Sequence record: SRR31156797_18765
Reading direction: 5' to 3' (one strand)
Length of the DNA: 42,205 nucleotides
This document shows, piece by piece, positions 18,447 through 28,756 of this stretch. The position numbers and the translations under genes are program-made. Position 1 is the first letter of the stretch. Each line of letters starts with the position of its first letter. Under the pieces are notes generated by a model. The model was not told the origin of the DNA and did no database searches. It was given only the letters and a program-made list of their open reading frames with translations.

Positions 18447-18681
18447 ATTATGTATGTGAATATTATGAAAGGGCCGCAAGACCAGAAGGCTTTTCTTTGC
18501 GCAGTTCTTATATCACCTTCGAGCAAAAAATATGATCTATTTCATTGTGATTAACAGCTTATTTCTTTACAGGAGTCTTTTAGTCCAATTTCGATAATTC
18601 CGAAAACTTCGAAACAGTGTTTGCCATTTATATGCTATAATTATAGTGGAAAATTGTAACCACTTATTTACGAGGGTGTAG

Positions 18682-19602
18682 ATGCGTAGTGTTATATTAC
18701 TATTACTGCTTATAATTAGTAGCCTATTTACTTATGCGGAACCTAAGAGGGTGTATAAAGTTGGCTTTGCTCAGGACACCATGTCTAATGACTGGAGGGT
18801 CGCTCAGGTTAGGCAGATGGAAGAGCTTTTCAAAAAGCAAGATAAGATAGATTTTTTCTATACAGACGCTAATAGTATTACCGCTAGGCAGATAGAGGAC
18901 ATTGATGAAATGATATCAGATAAGGTTGATGTTATCATTACTTCGCCTAGAGACTGTGCCCTTTTTACCCCTATACTTAAGAAGGCTTTTAATGCGGGCA
19001 TCCCTGTGGTTCTGGTTTCCAGAGGGATTACTGACTCCACAGTCTATACAAGCTTTATTCACCCTTCGAATGGGCTTATTGCTAAGCAGGCGGCGGATAC
19101 TCTGGCAGAGTGTCTTAACATGAAAGGGAGTATCTTTATACTCCAGCATACACCAAGCACAACACCTGCAACCGAGCGAACAGAAGGTTTTCTAAACCAG
19201 ATAGCTAAATATGATGATATAAAAATATTAGGCATAGCAGTAGCGAACTCTATCAGGCAGGAAGCTATGTATGCGACACTTGAAGCATTTAAAAGATATG
19301 ATAAGATAGACGCTATATATGCTCAGAGCGACAGTATGGCTGTCGGCGCTGTTGCAGCTGTTTTGTCTATTGGTAAAGATCCTCAGAAGATGTGTATTAC
19401 AGGTATTGATTACATTTCAGATGCCCGAGTGCTTATAGAAAAAGGCTGGCTTAAAGCGAGCTTTGTTTATCCTACGGGGGCAAAAGAGACGGTTGAGGCA
19501 GTGCTTGATATAATTAACGGGAAAAAGGTAGAGAAAGAAATTATCATCCCTGTAATGAAGGTTGATAAGTCGAACATAAATAAAGTAAAACCAATATTTT
19601 AA
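18682..19602 (+). CDS. periplasmic sugar-type (RbsB-like) substrate-binding protein
   Basis: Signal peptide; VGFAQ..NDWR, QIEDI, GIPVVLV, ERTEGF, AQSDSMAVGA, ITGID. Confidence 0.88.
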   Translation: MRSVILLLLLIISSLFTYAEPKRVYKVGFAQDTMSNDWRVAQVRQMEELFKKQDKIDFFYTDANSITARQIEDIDEMISDKVDVIITSPRDCALFTPILKKAFNAGIPVVLVSRGITDSTVYTSFIHPSNGLIAKQAADTLAECLNMKGSIFILQHTPSTTPATERTEGFLNQIAKYDDIKILGIAVANSIRQEAMYATLEAFKRYDKIDAIYAQSDSMAVGAVAAVLSIGKDPQKMCITGIDYISDARVLIEKGWLKASFVYPTGAKETVEAVLDIINGKKVEKEIIIPVMKVDKSNINKVKPIF

Positions 19603-19609
19603 AGGTATT

Positions 19610-21553
19610 ATGCATTTGAAAATAAAAGGTAAACTTTTCGTACTGGTGATTATGACCGTTATGCTGGCATCATTTGCTACTAATCTGGTTATAATTATCA
19701 ATGAAGAGAGAGTAAGAAATGATAGATTTGGGTTGAGGCTGAGTAAGTCGATGCAGGACTTAAGTCAGTTGCTTGCGGACTATCAGTATATAACCATTGA
19801 GAGCGCTAAGTCTCTGACTCATAACAGAGATTTTTCGGCGTCGCTTTATTTTCTAGGCTATTATTCCACATTGCTTGAAAACAGCAGCAGCTATGATAAC
19901 GAGCTGAAGGTGTTTTCTGAATCTCTTTATAAAGATATCTTTAAAGTCGCCCTTGATGAGCTTGTTATCTATGACATCTCCGGGAAAGCTATAATCGAAG
20001 TAGAGAAAGGTATCGGCGCACACTGGAATGTAAATAAAAACAATCAATCGCTGGACAGTAACATCAAAGATGACATGATCTTTTTTAATCTGAGTAAAAA
20101 CAAAGAGATGCAGATTACTTATATTGCTCCTATATATCAGAATGTTGAAAATGACGGTGTGCCTATAGGCTTTGCAAAGACAGCGAAGTATCTTAGCAAT
20201 GATTTTTATGATGAGCTTAAAAAGCTTGACGGTGTTGAGGTAGATTCAGCGTATATAAGAAATGACGAATCGGAAAAGAAGCTGAAAGAACTTTGGGATT
20301 TTACTGCTGAGCCAGTATCTTTTCCATATTCTACAGTGGCTGACCCTAATATTCAGTTTGATAGTAAATATGCGCAGTCCATTCAGAGGTTTGATATTGA
20401 CGATGAGGGTGCGGTATATTTTCACATAGCTTTACCTAGTTATATACTCCCCTTCTCATTTACGAACATACTTCTAATGTTTCTTTCGGCGTTTGTTATC
20501 CTTCTGGTTCTCCTCATACCTTTCTGGTGGTTCTTTATGAACAGAACCCTCATTGCGCCTATTAGCAGGTTGCTCGATATCTCTGATAAAGTTAAAAATG
20601 GAGACTATAAAACAATTGCCCCTGAGCTTAAAGAAGAGGACGAGTTTAACGATCTTGAGAAGTCTTTTATCTCTATGGTCGATGCGATCAAGGATAGAGA
20701 GAAGCTCCTTGATAAAGCGAATAGGTCACTGACTGAGAAGGTAGAGCGGGAGACTATCCGCCGAATGAAAAACGAACAGGTGATGCTTGAACAGAAAAAA
20801 TTTGCTGATATGGGACAGATGATAAATGCAATTGCACATCAGTGGAGGCAGCCTCTTAACGGGCTTTCGCTGGTTGTACAGAATATATGTGAAGAGGCGG
20901 AAGACGGAAAGAAGGAAGAACTTGAGCAATATGAGAATACAGCAATGACCCTCATCGAGCATATGTCTAAGACGATTGATGATTTTAGTGTCTTCTTCAG
21001 CTCATCAAAAGAGGTTATTAAGTATGACGTTATTGAGGTCATTTGTGCGGTGATCAATATGGTCAGCTCCCAGATGGAAAATAGCGGAATAAGGCTTAAT
21101 TTCAGGTGTAGCTGCAAAAATAACGAGTATCATTGCAGTCATATAGTCCCTTCACCTGATTGCGATAAAGAGTGGAGTAGTGTGCGTGGATTACCCGGAG
21201 AGCTTAAGCAGGCAGTGTTAAATCTGCTCCATAACTCCAGAGATTCTATACAGACCAGAGCCGCCAGTGAAAAATCTTATGAGGGTGAGATAGACCTTGT
21301 TGTGGAATGTTTTGATAGTGATATAAAAATAAGCGTATTTGATAATGGTACAGGAATCCCTACTGAGATATTAGATGATATATACACGCCGTATTTTACT
21401 ACAAAAGCGGAAGGAACAGGCATCGGGCTTTATATGACCCGCATAGTTGTTCAGGATAACCTTAAAGGTTCTATTTCAGCTTATAACCATGGTGACGGCG
21501 CCGTGTTTATGATCATAATTCCTAAAGATATTAAAGAGGAGGCGGAGAAATGA
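19610..21553 (+). CDS. membrane sensor histidine kinase (periplasmic domain, HAMP, HisKA, HATPase)
   Basis: Two TM segments; IAHQWRQPLN H-box; NLLHNSRD; DNGTGI; PYFTTK; GTGIGL. Confidence 0.93.
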   Translation: MHLKIKGKLFVLVIMTVMLASFATNLVIIINEERVRNDRFGLRLSKSMQDLSQLLADYQYITIESAKSLTHNRDFSASLYFLGYYSTLLENSSSYDNELKVFSESLYKDIFKVALDELVIYDISGKAIIEVEKGIGAHWNVNKNNQSLDSNIKDDMIFFNLSKNKEMQITYIAPIYQNVENDGVPIGFAKTAKYLSNDFYDELKKLDGVEVDSAYIRNDESEKKLKELWDFTAEPVSFPYSTVADPNIQFDSKYAQSIQRFDIDDEGAVYFHIALPSYILPFSFTNILLMFLSAFVILLVLLIPFWWFFMNRTLIAPISRLLDISDKVKNGDYKTIAPELKEEDEFNDLEKSFISMVDAIKDREKLLDKANRSLTEKVERETIRRMKNEQVMLEQKKFADMGQMINAIAHQWRQPLNGLSLVVQNICEEAEDGKKEELEQYENTAMTLIEHMSKTIDDFSVFFSSSKEVIKYDVIEVICAVINMVSSQMENSGIRLNFRCSCKNNEYHCSHIVPSPDCDKEWSSVRGLPGELKQAVLNLLHNSRDSIQTRAASEKSYEGEIDLVVECFDSDIKISVFDNGTGIPTEILDDIYTPYFTTKAEGTGIGLYMTRIVVQDNLKGSISAYNHGDGAVFMIIIPKDIKEEAEK

Positions 21554-22533
21554 GAAGTTTACAGCTTTTTATAGTCATATTCGCCCTCTTTCTGTTCAGC
21601 CTCAGTGCATATGCTGAGAGAGAATACCGCCTCGGTGTGAGAGCTTTTGCCGGATCAGATGCTGCCTATGAGAGGTGGGGGGATACGATAGATAAGCTGA
21701 ACAGTATGAAGCTTGGACGGTTTGTTCTTATCCCTGTGAAAGGTTTTAAAGAGATGGAAGAGATGGTTAAGAGTGAAGAACTCGACCTTGTGCTCACACA
21801 GCCGGCAGAATATCTGAGACTTCATAAAAAATATGGTGTCTTGAGGATAGTCACTCTCCTTAATAAGCATAATGGCTATCATCTTAATACGTTTGCGTCT
21901 GTTATTTTTACTAGGTCTGACAGAGACGACATCTCTACGCTCTCAGACATAAAAGATAAGGTTTTCGCAGGTATAAGTGCAAACGGGCTTGGCGGGTACC
22001 TGTTAGGTGTTAAAGAGATATCCAAATACGGGCTTGAGCCTTATAGGGATTATATAGTTGTTTTTACAGGTTCTCAGACGATAACGGTGAAGCATGTTTT
22101 AAGTGGTAAGGCTGATGTAGGTGTAGTCAGAACCGGGGTTATCGAAAAACTTGTGGAAAAGGGGTTGGTCTCAATGAGAGATATTAAAGTGCTCGGCAGG
22201 AGAAATGATAATTTTCCTCTTATGCACTCGACAATGCAGGTTCCTGAGTGGTCGCTTGCAGTTGTCAAAAAGCTCAGCAGGGAAGAGGTATCAAGGATCG
22301 CTACTTCTCTTTTGACAGATAGCTCGTCCTACAGACCAGGGAACTCAGCAAGGTGGACAACTCCTATTAGTCACGAAACTTTGTACGATCTTACGCATAC
22401 TCTTGAGATAGGTGATTATGCTGAGAATGAGTCCAGCTTGAACCCCAGCTACTCTATGATGATTCTTATGGGTGGGGCTATAATTGCTGTAATTGCAATC
22501 TTTACAGTTCTGGTTTTTGGCAGGAAGTTTTAA
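21550..22533 (+). CDS. PhnD/phosphonate-binding-like periplasmic protein with C-terminal membrane anchor
   Basis: Signal peptide; LGVRAF, SVIFTR, SANGLGGY, VLSGKADVGVVRTG, STMQVPEW; hydrophobic C-terminus then RK. Confidence 0.8.
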   Translation: MRSLQLFIVIFALFLFSLSAYAEREYRLGVRAFAGSDAAYERWGDTIDKLNSMKLGRFVLIPVKGFKEMEEMVKSEELDLVLTQPAEYLRLHKKYGVLRIVTLLNKHNGYHLNTFASVIFTRSDRDDISTLSDIKDKVFAGISANGLGGYLLGVKEISKYGLEPYRDYIVVFTGSQTITVKHVLSGKADVGVVRTGVIEKLVEKGLVSMRDIKVLGRRNDNFPLMHSTMQVPEWSLAVVKKLSREEVSRIATSLLTDSSSYRPGNSARWTTPISHETLYDLTHTLEIGDYAENESSLNPSYSMMILMGGAIIAVIAIFTVLVFGRKF

Positions 22534-22655
22534 TTGTTAGTAGATTTTTTTCATTATTTATCTATATCTTATCCAGTCTAAAAAAACATAGTAAAAACGC
22601 TCCCATAGGTTATAATTAAGTTTATAAAATAATGTTATATTCCTAGGAGGCTTGC

Positions 22656-23432
22656 ATGTCTAATGATAGTATTCTCACGAAAGTTGACGGAAACATAGGT
22701 TACATCACTTTAAACAGACCGGACGCTTATAACACTTTTAATGAGGAGTATGCCGAGCTTCTTAATAAGGCTTTATTAAGCTTTGACGCTGACATGAGCA
22801 TCAGGGCTGTCATCATCAATGCCAATGGAAAGCATTTTTCAACGGGTATAGACCTGAAAGAGTTTAAAGAGAGGGAGCATAACGACTACCGTTCTTTTAT
22901 TGCTCTTATGGATAAGCATAATCACACAATCGCTAAGATGAAAACGCCCGTTATATCTTCTGTTCACGGTTACTGCGTGGCTAATGGAGCCGGGCTGAGT
23001 TTCGCTGCTGACCTTACTGTTGCCGCAGAGAGTACAAAATTTGGAACTACAGCAGTTAACGTCGGTCTTATATGCACCGGACCTGGGGTTCCTCTGCTCG
23101 CTAATGTAGGCAGGAAGAAAGCTATGGAGATGGTTCTGCTCGGAGAGATTATTACAGCACAGCAGGCTTACGAGCTTGGGCTTGTAAACTGGGTTGTGGC
23201 TGATGATGAGCTTGAAGAGAAGACAAAAGAGATTGCACTTAAGATATGTGAGAAGAGCCCGCTTGCTGTTGCTGCCGGTAAGAGAGGGCTTGCTGCCTCT
23301 TACTATTCAGGCTACAGCGCATCAATAGATTACGGTTCAGAGATGTTTGCATCTTTGTGCAGCAGCTCAGATGCTAAAGAGGGTGTTACTGCCTTTCTTG
23401 AAAAGAGAAAACCGGAGTGGAATCTTAAATAA
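22656..23432 (+). CDS. enoyl-CoA hydratase/isomerase family protein
   Basis: ITLNRP, FSTGIDL, PVISSVHG, AYELGLVN, DAKEGVTAFLEKRKP. Confidence 0.92.
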   Translation: MSNDSILTKVDGNIGYITLNRPDAYNTFNEEYAELLNKALLSFDADMSIRAVIINANGKHFSTGIDLKEFKEREHNDYRSFIALMDKHNHTIAKMKTPVISSVHGYCVANGAGLSFAADLTVAAESTKFGTTAVNVGLICTGPGVPLLANVGRKKAMEMVLLGEIITAQQAYELGLVNWVVADDELEEKTKEIALKICEKSPLAVAAGKRGLAASYYSGYSASIDYGSEMFASLCSSSDAKEGVTAFLEKRKPEWNLK

Positions 23433-25385
23433 TCACTGATTTATTTTGACGTCCATCTCTACTATATGTTGTAACAGCCATGTGATCAGGTCTTTCTCTA
23501 TAATTTCCATGGTTTCATGGCTGATACCTTTCTCTCTGACAGTCTCCAGAATCCCTCGTAGGTTCTTGTGGAAAGTTCTATGAGCCTGAAGGTGATTGTC
23601 TATATCGTAAAAGTTGGTATCACGCATAATCCGCTCTTCGCTATGAAAATGATTAATTACATATGATTCAAGAAACTTCAGGACAGTGAGAACATTTTCT
23701 CTCCCTTGCCCGTCGAGGATAGCTTTAATAAGATCGTTTATCTTGTTGATAAGCATCTTATGCTGAAGGTCAATTTCATCTATGCCTACAGAAAGCTCCG
23801 GCTGCCACTCCATCTTAAGCTCACGCCTGTTATTGCCGAAAGAGTCGTATGATATTTTGTTATAAAAGATTTCATAGGTGTTATGTATGTGCCTGAACTG
23901 GTCAGCGCACTGATTAAAAGCTTCAACGATATCAGGGTCAAACTGGGTTCCGCTGTTTTCGTTGATTATATCCATTGAGACCTCGTGGGAATATGGCTCT
24001 TTGTAAACACGCTTAGAGCGGAGTGCATCATAAACATCGCAAACGCTGAAAATCCTTGCCTCAAGTGGTATTTCTTTACCTTTAAGTCCGTCAGGATAGC
24101 CTTTGCCATCCCAGTATTCGTGATGATATGCAGCTATGTTATAGGCAAGCTTGAAGAATGTGTCATTTACCCGATGCTTTTCTACTAACTCCTGCAGGAT
24201 ACTTTTAGCAAAAACCGTGTGTCGCTTTATCTCTTCAAACTCATCAGGGTCAAGCTTTGCAGGCTTCTTTAATATCTCATCGGGAACGCCGACTTTGCCT
24301 ATGTCGTGCAGGACAGATGCGAAACCGATATTCTCCAGATAGTCTTTAGATATTGTATTTCCGTAGTTATTTTTCTTTTTCAGGTAAGAGGTGAGCAGTG
24401 CTCCGTAGTGTCTTGTGCGTTCAAGGTGGTCGGCTGTCTCGTTATCCTTGAACTCGGCCAGATTTGCAAGGCAGACAACAGTAGCTCTTTGGGTGTCTAT
24501 AAGCTGACTTGTTTGCAAATTTCTTATGTAGATGATGAACATTAGCACCGCAAAAAAAATGCTGAATGCTATTGAGGTGACTACAGTGCTTGTGACAAGG
24601 CTGTTTTTTAGTGCAGATGTATCAGCAAGCTCAGCGATGATAAAGTCAGCATTATGCGCTGACAGTGGGAAGAAGAATGCGGCTTTGGTATCGCTCAGTG
24701 TCATAGAACTTTGTTTATTGATGTCTGACAACTTTAAATCTTTTGGGAAGCTTCCTTTGTCGTGAGACCATTTAATATTTCCGTTTTTATCTAATACTGC
24801 ATAGTTTGAAGGGGTCTGCTCTAGCATTAGTTCAGGGCTGAAAAAGAAAGTGATACTCTTTTCGATGTTCCCTATATCGTTTGTCAGATGTCTTGTTATA
24901 TGTAGTAGGTTGATGTCACCGTTGATCAATAATTTATTAATATTACTTTTGTTATAAGTGATATATCTCATTAGGTCTTCTGGTTCTTTGCTTAGAACCT
25001 GAGTGTATTTTTTTGAGTGAGCGAGACTGTTTATCTTAATGTGTGAGCCTTCTTTATTTTCTATGATTATGCTTAAGAAGTTATAGTCAAAGAGTATATC
25101 GTTAACAAAGTTCTGAATTTTTGTAGGTTTAGGATCATCAAGGAGCTGAAGCTGCTTCATAAGGTTGATGACTCTTCGAACCTCTATTGCGACACTATCA
25201 AGCCTTAATTCGAAATTTGCTCTTGTAATGTTGAGTTCATTTATCTTCGCATCAAACAGTTTACTTTTTTCATTCACGTAAACCTGTTTTCCGGCGTAGA
25301 GAATAAGCAGCATGAATAATGCAAAAATTACTGCTACAGCGGTATAAAAATATTTTGGGCTTTTAATTAAGTTTAAAATAAACAT
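23433..25385 (-). CDS. membrane HD-GYP cyclic-dinucleotide phosphodiesterase with C-terminal bacteriohemerythrin domain
   Basis: Two TMs; ETADHLER, HDIGK, HHEYWDGKGYP, DVYDAL. C-terminal W...SVG..EIDLQH, HFHSEE, HLQAH, WLLQHIVEMD. Start uncertain (25385 or 25403). Confidence 0.9.
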   Translation of the reverse strand: MFILNLIKSPKYFYTAVAVIFALFMLLILYAGKQVYVNEKSKLFDAKINELNITRANFELRLDSVAIEVRRVINLMKQLQLLDDPKPTKIQNFVNDILFDYNFLSIIIENKEGSHIKINSLAHSKKYTQVLSKEPEDLMRYITYNKSNINKLLINGDINLLHITRHLTNDIGNIEKSITFFFSPELMLEQTPSNYAVLDKNGNIKWSHDKGSFPKDLKLSDINKQSSMTLSDTKAAFFFPLSAHNADFIIAELADTSALKNSLVTSTVVTSIAFSIFFAVLMFIIYIRNLQTSQLIDTQRATVVCLANLAEFKDNETADHLERTRHYGALLTSYLKKKNNYGNTISKDYLENIGFASVLHDIGKVGVPDEILKKPAKLDPDEFEEIKRHTVFAKSILQELVEKHRVNDTFFKLAYNIAAYHHEYWDGKGYPDGLKGKEIPLEARIFSVCDVYDALRSKRVYKEPYSHEVSMDIINENSGTQFDPDIVEAFNQCADQFRHIHNTYEIFYNKISYDSFGNNRRELKMEWQPELSVGIDEIDLQHKMLINKINDLIKAILDGQGRENVLTVLKFLESYVINHFHSEERIMRDTNFYDIDNHLQAHRTFHKNLRGILETVREKGISHETMEIIEKDLITWLLQHIVEMDVKINQ

Positions 25386-25650
25386 TTGATTTCCTATTAA
25401 CACTCACATTATATCAGTTAATTGTATAGACGAACATATAAACTATACTTTGTATAAAAAAAGATCGTTAAGATTGTTAAACACAAGTTTACATAAGGAG
25501 TAATTCGTATGGAAAATTGAAGAGACAGCAGATCGGTCTAATACTGATATCTACTATAATTCTATAGGTAATTTCACCATTTATAGTGATGAATAATTTA
25601 ATACATCAGCGTGTTCTTATGATAGAATATTAATATATAAAAGGTGAGTT

Positions 25651-26004
25651 ATGACTCTAATTGATAAGAAAATACTGATTGTAGAAGATGAAGAGATAGC
25701 ACGTGATGCTCTCAGCCTAATAATGAAAAAACACTACAAGCATGTCGAGTCAGCTAGAAACGGCGCCGAGGGTTTCGAGGCTCTTAAAACCTTTTGCCCT
25801 GATCTTATAGTGACCGATCTTGCGATGCCGGTTATGGACGGTTTCTTATTTATCGAAAAGCTTAGAAATAGTCACCCTGAGTTAGCCATACTTATCGTTA
25901 CTGCATATAGGGAAGAAGCAGATAATTTCTATGATTATAAAGTTATTTATAAACCTGTGGGCAGAGACGAGCTACTTGATGCTGTTAGGGATTGCTTAGG
26001 CTAA
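25651..26004 (+). CDS. single-domain response regulator (REC)
   Basis: ILIVEDE, TDLAMPVMDG, VTA, KP. Confidence 0.92.
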   Translation: MTLIDKKILIVEDEEIARDALSLIMKKHYKHVESARNGAEGFEALKTFCPDLIVTDLAMPVMDGFLFIEKLRNSHPELAILIVTAYREEADNFYDYKVIYKPVGRDELLDAVRDCLG

Positions 26005-28016
26005 TCTTCCGGTTCGACTAGCTTGAGAAGTGTTGCGCTATTCCCTTTGACATTGTAATAAAGACCATCTAAGAGACTGTCAGTGATGAATATTCCTCGT
26101 CCGTTGTAGCTCTCTTTATCCACGTGGCAAAGGTTTCCGTCGAATGAGTGATATTTGAAAAGGTTTGCAGCGGCAAAACCGTCACCCTCATCAGTTATGC
26201 AGATTATTATCTGACCAACACGGCCGTCAACAGGCGGAATGAATTTATATTTAACATTAATCTTTTTATTCCAATACTCAGTTCCTTCTTCAGTGCGCTC
26301 TGAGATGATATCATCGTAAACACCTTTTGCGATATATCCCTGTTTCTCTTCACACCCGATGCCAAGGTTCCCGTGCTCCATAGCGTTGATCATAATCTCA
26401 GTAATAGCGTACTCAATAGTGCTTCTGTCAGCGATAGGTATTCCGTCAGCTTCGAGTTTGCCGCCAAGGTTTTCAATAAGCGAGGAAACTTCTTTGCTGC
26501 TAGTGTTTATTTCAAGCTCACAGCCTTCTATTCGTTTACTGAGGTCTCTTTTGATAAAGAAAAATGTGAGATCATCCTCGTTTGCATTTATCTTCTTATT
26601 CACAAGAGACATAAGATGTTTTTTAGTAACAGCAATTTTAAAGTGATCACGCAGGTAATCGACATAAAGCCCACCCTCGGTTGTCTCAGATTCCAAAAGA
26701 CCATCAGACATAATGAGGATTTTATCTATACCCTTAAGATCAACCGTCTTTGTGTTCATTTCAGAGTAATACTTCATTATAGGAAGGTTGTTAGGTCTGT
26801 GCACATGCATCTCATCAGAGTTATCAAGCATATATACTGGCGGCATTCCGTAGTTTGCTATAGAGAGGGTCTCTTCGTTAATGTTGAGAAGGGTGAAAAC
26901 ACAACAGAGTGCCTCCTCGTCCATAAGCCTGTCTTTTATGTAGTTTAGAAAAGATGATATTGTCCTCTCAAGGTCGAAGTCGTTCTTAAATAATGAAAAC
27001 TCAAGAGAGTGGTTGATGAAAGACGTCGACTGAAGTGCAGTGATAGAAGCGGAAAGCCCTTTACCCATAGCATCTATAATGTAAAAGAGGTATCTGCCTT
27101 TATCAATTTTTACACTGCCGTAGATATCACCGCTAAGTATATCCAGAGGTTTGAAGTATGTCTCAATCTTAAACTCGCCTGTTTTAATGTTCGACATATC
27201 ATCTTTCAGGACAAGCATCTGCTTTTTAAAAGCCATATTCTGCTGGGTAGAGTGATACATCTGCTGATATTTTAGAAGCTCCAGCTCCTGCTTTCTGTCC
27301 ATATTGGCGGAGGAGACTTTGTTGAAGATCACAACTGCGCCGGAGAATTTTTTGTTATCATAAATCGGCGAGAATTTTATATCTATCTGGTGGTTCTTCC
27401 CGTCATCGTCTATGAAAATGTAATCTTCAGTAAGTATAGATTTTCCACTGTCGTCCTCGTTATCGAAGTTTGTATCTTTGAATACAGAGGAGAAAGGTGT
27501 TCCGTTCAGCCTGTCAGTTTCCATGCCGAGGGTTTCAGCAGCAGCCCTGTTTGAGTAGCTGATAACCCGCAGATCATCCAGAATAATTATTCCGTCTTTA
27601 GCAAATTCAGCTAGGTTTCTCATGCGGCTTATCGCCTTAACAAGGGTATCCTGTCTTTTTGAAGACGAGATAATTATATTAAGGAAAGAAGAGAGGTGCG
27701 GGTTTATATTTTCAGCTCTGATGAACTTTGTCAGTCCGGCTTCAAGAAGGTCTACAACGAATTCAGCTCCATCCTCTTCGACAATAACAGCCGTAGGGAC
27801 GTTAGATGCGATGTAACCGACAGAGTTGATTAGGTCTTTGTGTGCAAGTTTACATGAGAAAATGACTGCATCGGGGGATGAATCTTTTAGTATAGCGTTG
27901 AAAAAGTGAACATTACTTGTGTATAAGAACCTGATGCCGGGGTAAAAAATCGTACTGGTGATTAGCTTGTGTACTTCTTCGCTGCAGAAAAGCAGTATAT
28001 CTTTATAATGTCCCAT
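26001..28016 (-). CDS. degenerate REC-PAS-SpoIIE/PP2C phosphatase fused to RsbW-like HATPase kinase
   Basis: SGDIY, DAMGKG, SDGL, DDLT (PP2C); EIMINAMEHGN, ITDEGDGF, GRGI (anti-sigma kinase type). Confidence 0.85.
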   Translation of the reverse strand: MGHYKDILLFCSEEVHKLITSTIFYPGIRFLYTSNVHFFNAILKDSSPDAVIFSCKLAHKDLINSVGYIASNVPTAVIVEEDGAEFVVDLLEAGLTKFIRAENINPHLSSFLNIIISSSKRQDTLVKAISRMRNLAEFAKDGIIILDDLRVISYSNRAAAETLGMETDRLNGTPFSSVFKDTNFDNEDDSGKSILTEDYIFIDDDGKNHQIDIKFSPIYDNKKFSGAVVIFNKVSSANMDRKQELELLKYQQMYHSTQQNMAFKKQMLVLKDDMSNIKTGEFKIETYFKPLDILSGDIYGSVKIDKGRYLFYIIDAMGKGLSASITALQSTSFINHSLEFSLFKNDFDLERTISSFLNYIKDRLMDEEALCCVFTLLNINEETLSIANYGMPPVYMLDNSDEMHVHRPNNLPIMKYYSEMNTKTVDLKGIDKILIMSDGLLESETTEGGLYVDYLRDHFKIAVTKKHLMSLVNKKINANEDDLTFFFIKRDLSKRIEGCELEINTSSKEVSSLIENLGGKLEADGIPIADRSTIEYAITEIMINAMEHGNLGIGCEEKQGYIAKGVYDDIISERTEEGTEYWNKKINVKYKFIPPVDGRVGQIIICITDEGDGFAAANLFKYHSFDGNLCHVDKESYNGRGIFITDSLLDGLYYNVKGNSATLLKLVEPED

Positions 28017-28063
28017 GCGCTAATCATAGATCATATGGGACATAGTTTCAATCTGTATACGGA

Positions 28064-28756
28064 CTATTTTTTCAATGCGAAGTCAACAGCCGCCATAGCG
28101 TGACAGTGAGCAGTATCGAAAAGCGGCATAGGAGCCTCATCATCACTTAGAATCATACCTAGCTCAGTGCACCCGAGGATAGCGCATTGTGCACCCTGCT
28201 CGAAGAGGGTATCAAGGATCATAAGCAACATATCCCTCGATTCGTCTTCGACCTTACCTTTGCAGAGTTCGTTAAAGATAACCTTATCGATATAGTTCAT
28301 GTCGTGCTCTTCAGGAGTGATAATGTCTATCCCTTTGGCTTTAAAAGTATTCTTAAGGAAATTCTCCTGCATGGTGTATTTAGTGCCGAGGAGCGCAGCT
28401 TTTGTATATCCGGCTTTCACAATCTCGTCAGCAGTGGCATCGCCAATATGGATAAAAGGTATGAAAACAGACCTGCGGACGTCATCAGCGTTCATATGAA
28501 GTGTGTTAGAACATATCATGATACAGTTAGCACCGGCAGACATAAGCTTACCAGCGGCACTGCTTAGTGTTTTCCCTGTCATGTCCCAGCGTCCTTTTGC
28601 CATGTGTCTTTCGACTTCGTTAAAATTAACTGAGTACAAGAGTATCTGAGCTGAGTTGAGCCTTCCGAGCCTTTTATTAACTTCTTCGTTGATCATCTTG
28701 TAATAGATTGATGTAGATTCCCAGCTTGTCCCGCCAATAAGTCCGATGGTTTTCAT
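28064..28756 (-). CDS. aspartate/glutamate racemase family (YgeA/RacX-like)
   Basis: MKTIGLIGGTSWEST; both catalytic Cys present (CSNTLH, LGCTEL). Confidence 0.92.
   Translation of the reverse strand: MKTIGLIGGTSWESTSIYYKMINEEVNKRLGRLNSAQILLYSVNFNEVERHMAKGRWDMTGKTLSSAAGKLMSAGANCIMICSNTLHMNADDVRRSVFIPFIHIGDATADEIVKAGYTKAALLGTKYTMQENFLKNTFKAKGIDIITPEEHDMNYIDKVIFNELCKGKVEDESRDMLLMILDTLFEQGAQCAILGCTELGMILSDDEAPMPLFDTAHCHAMAAVDFALKK

Noticed and set aside
18465-18515. GAAA-GGGCCGCAA resembling part of a c-di-GMP-I riboswitch
   Set aside because: No GGCAAAC/P1 pairing upstream and no second hairpin with tetraloop receptor.
18333-28016. Possible genomic island integrated at tRNA-Asn
   Set aside because: No integrase and no duplicated tRNA 3' end found; only a mild AT-rich impression.
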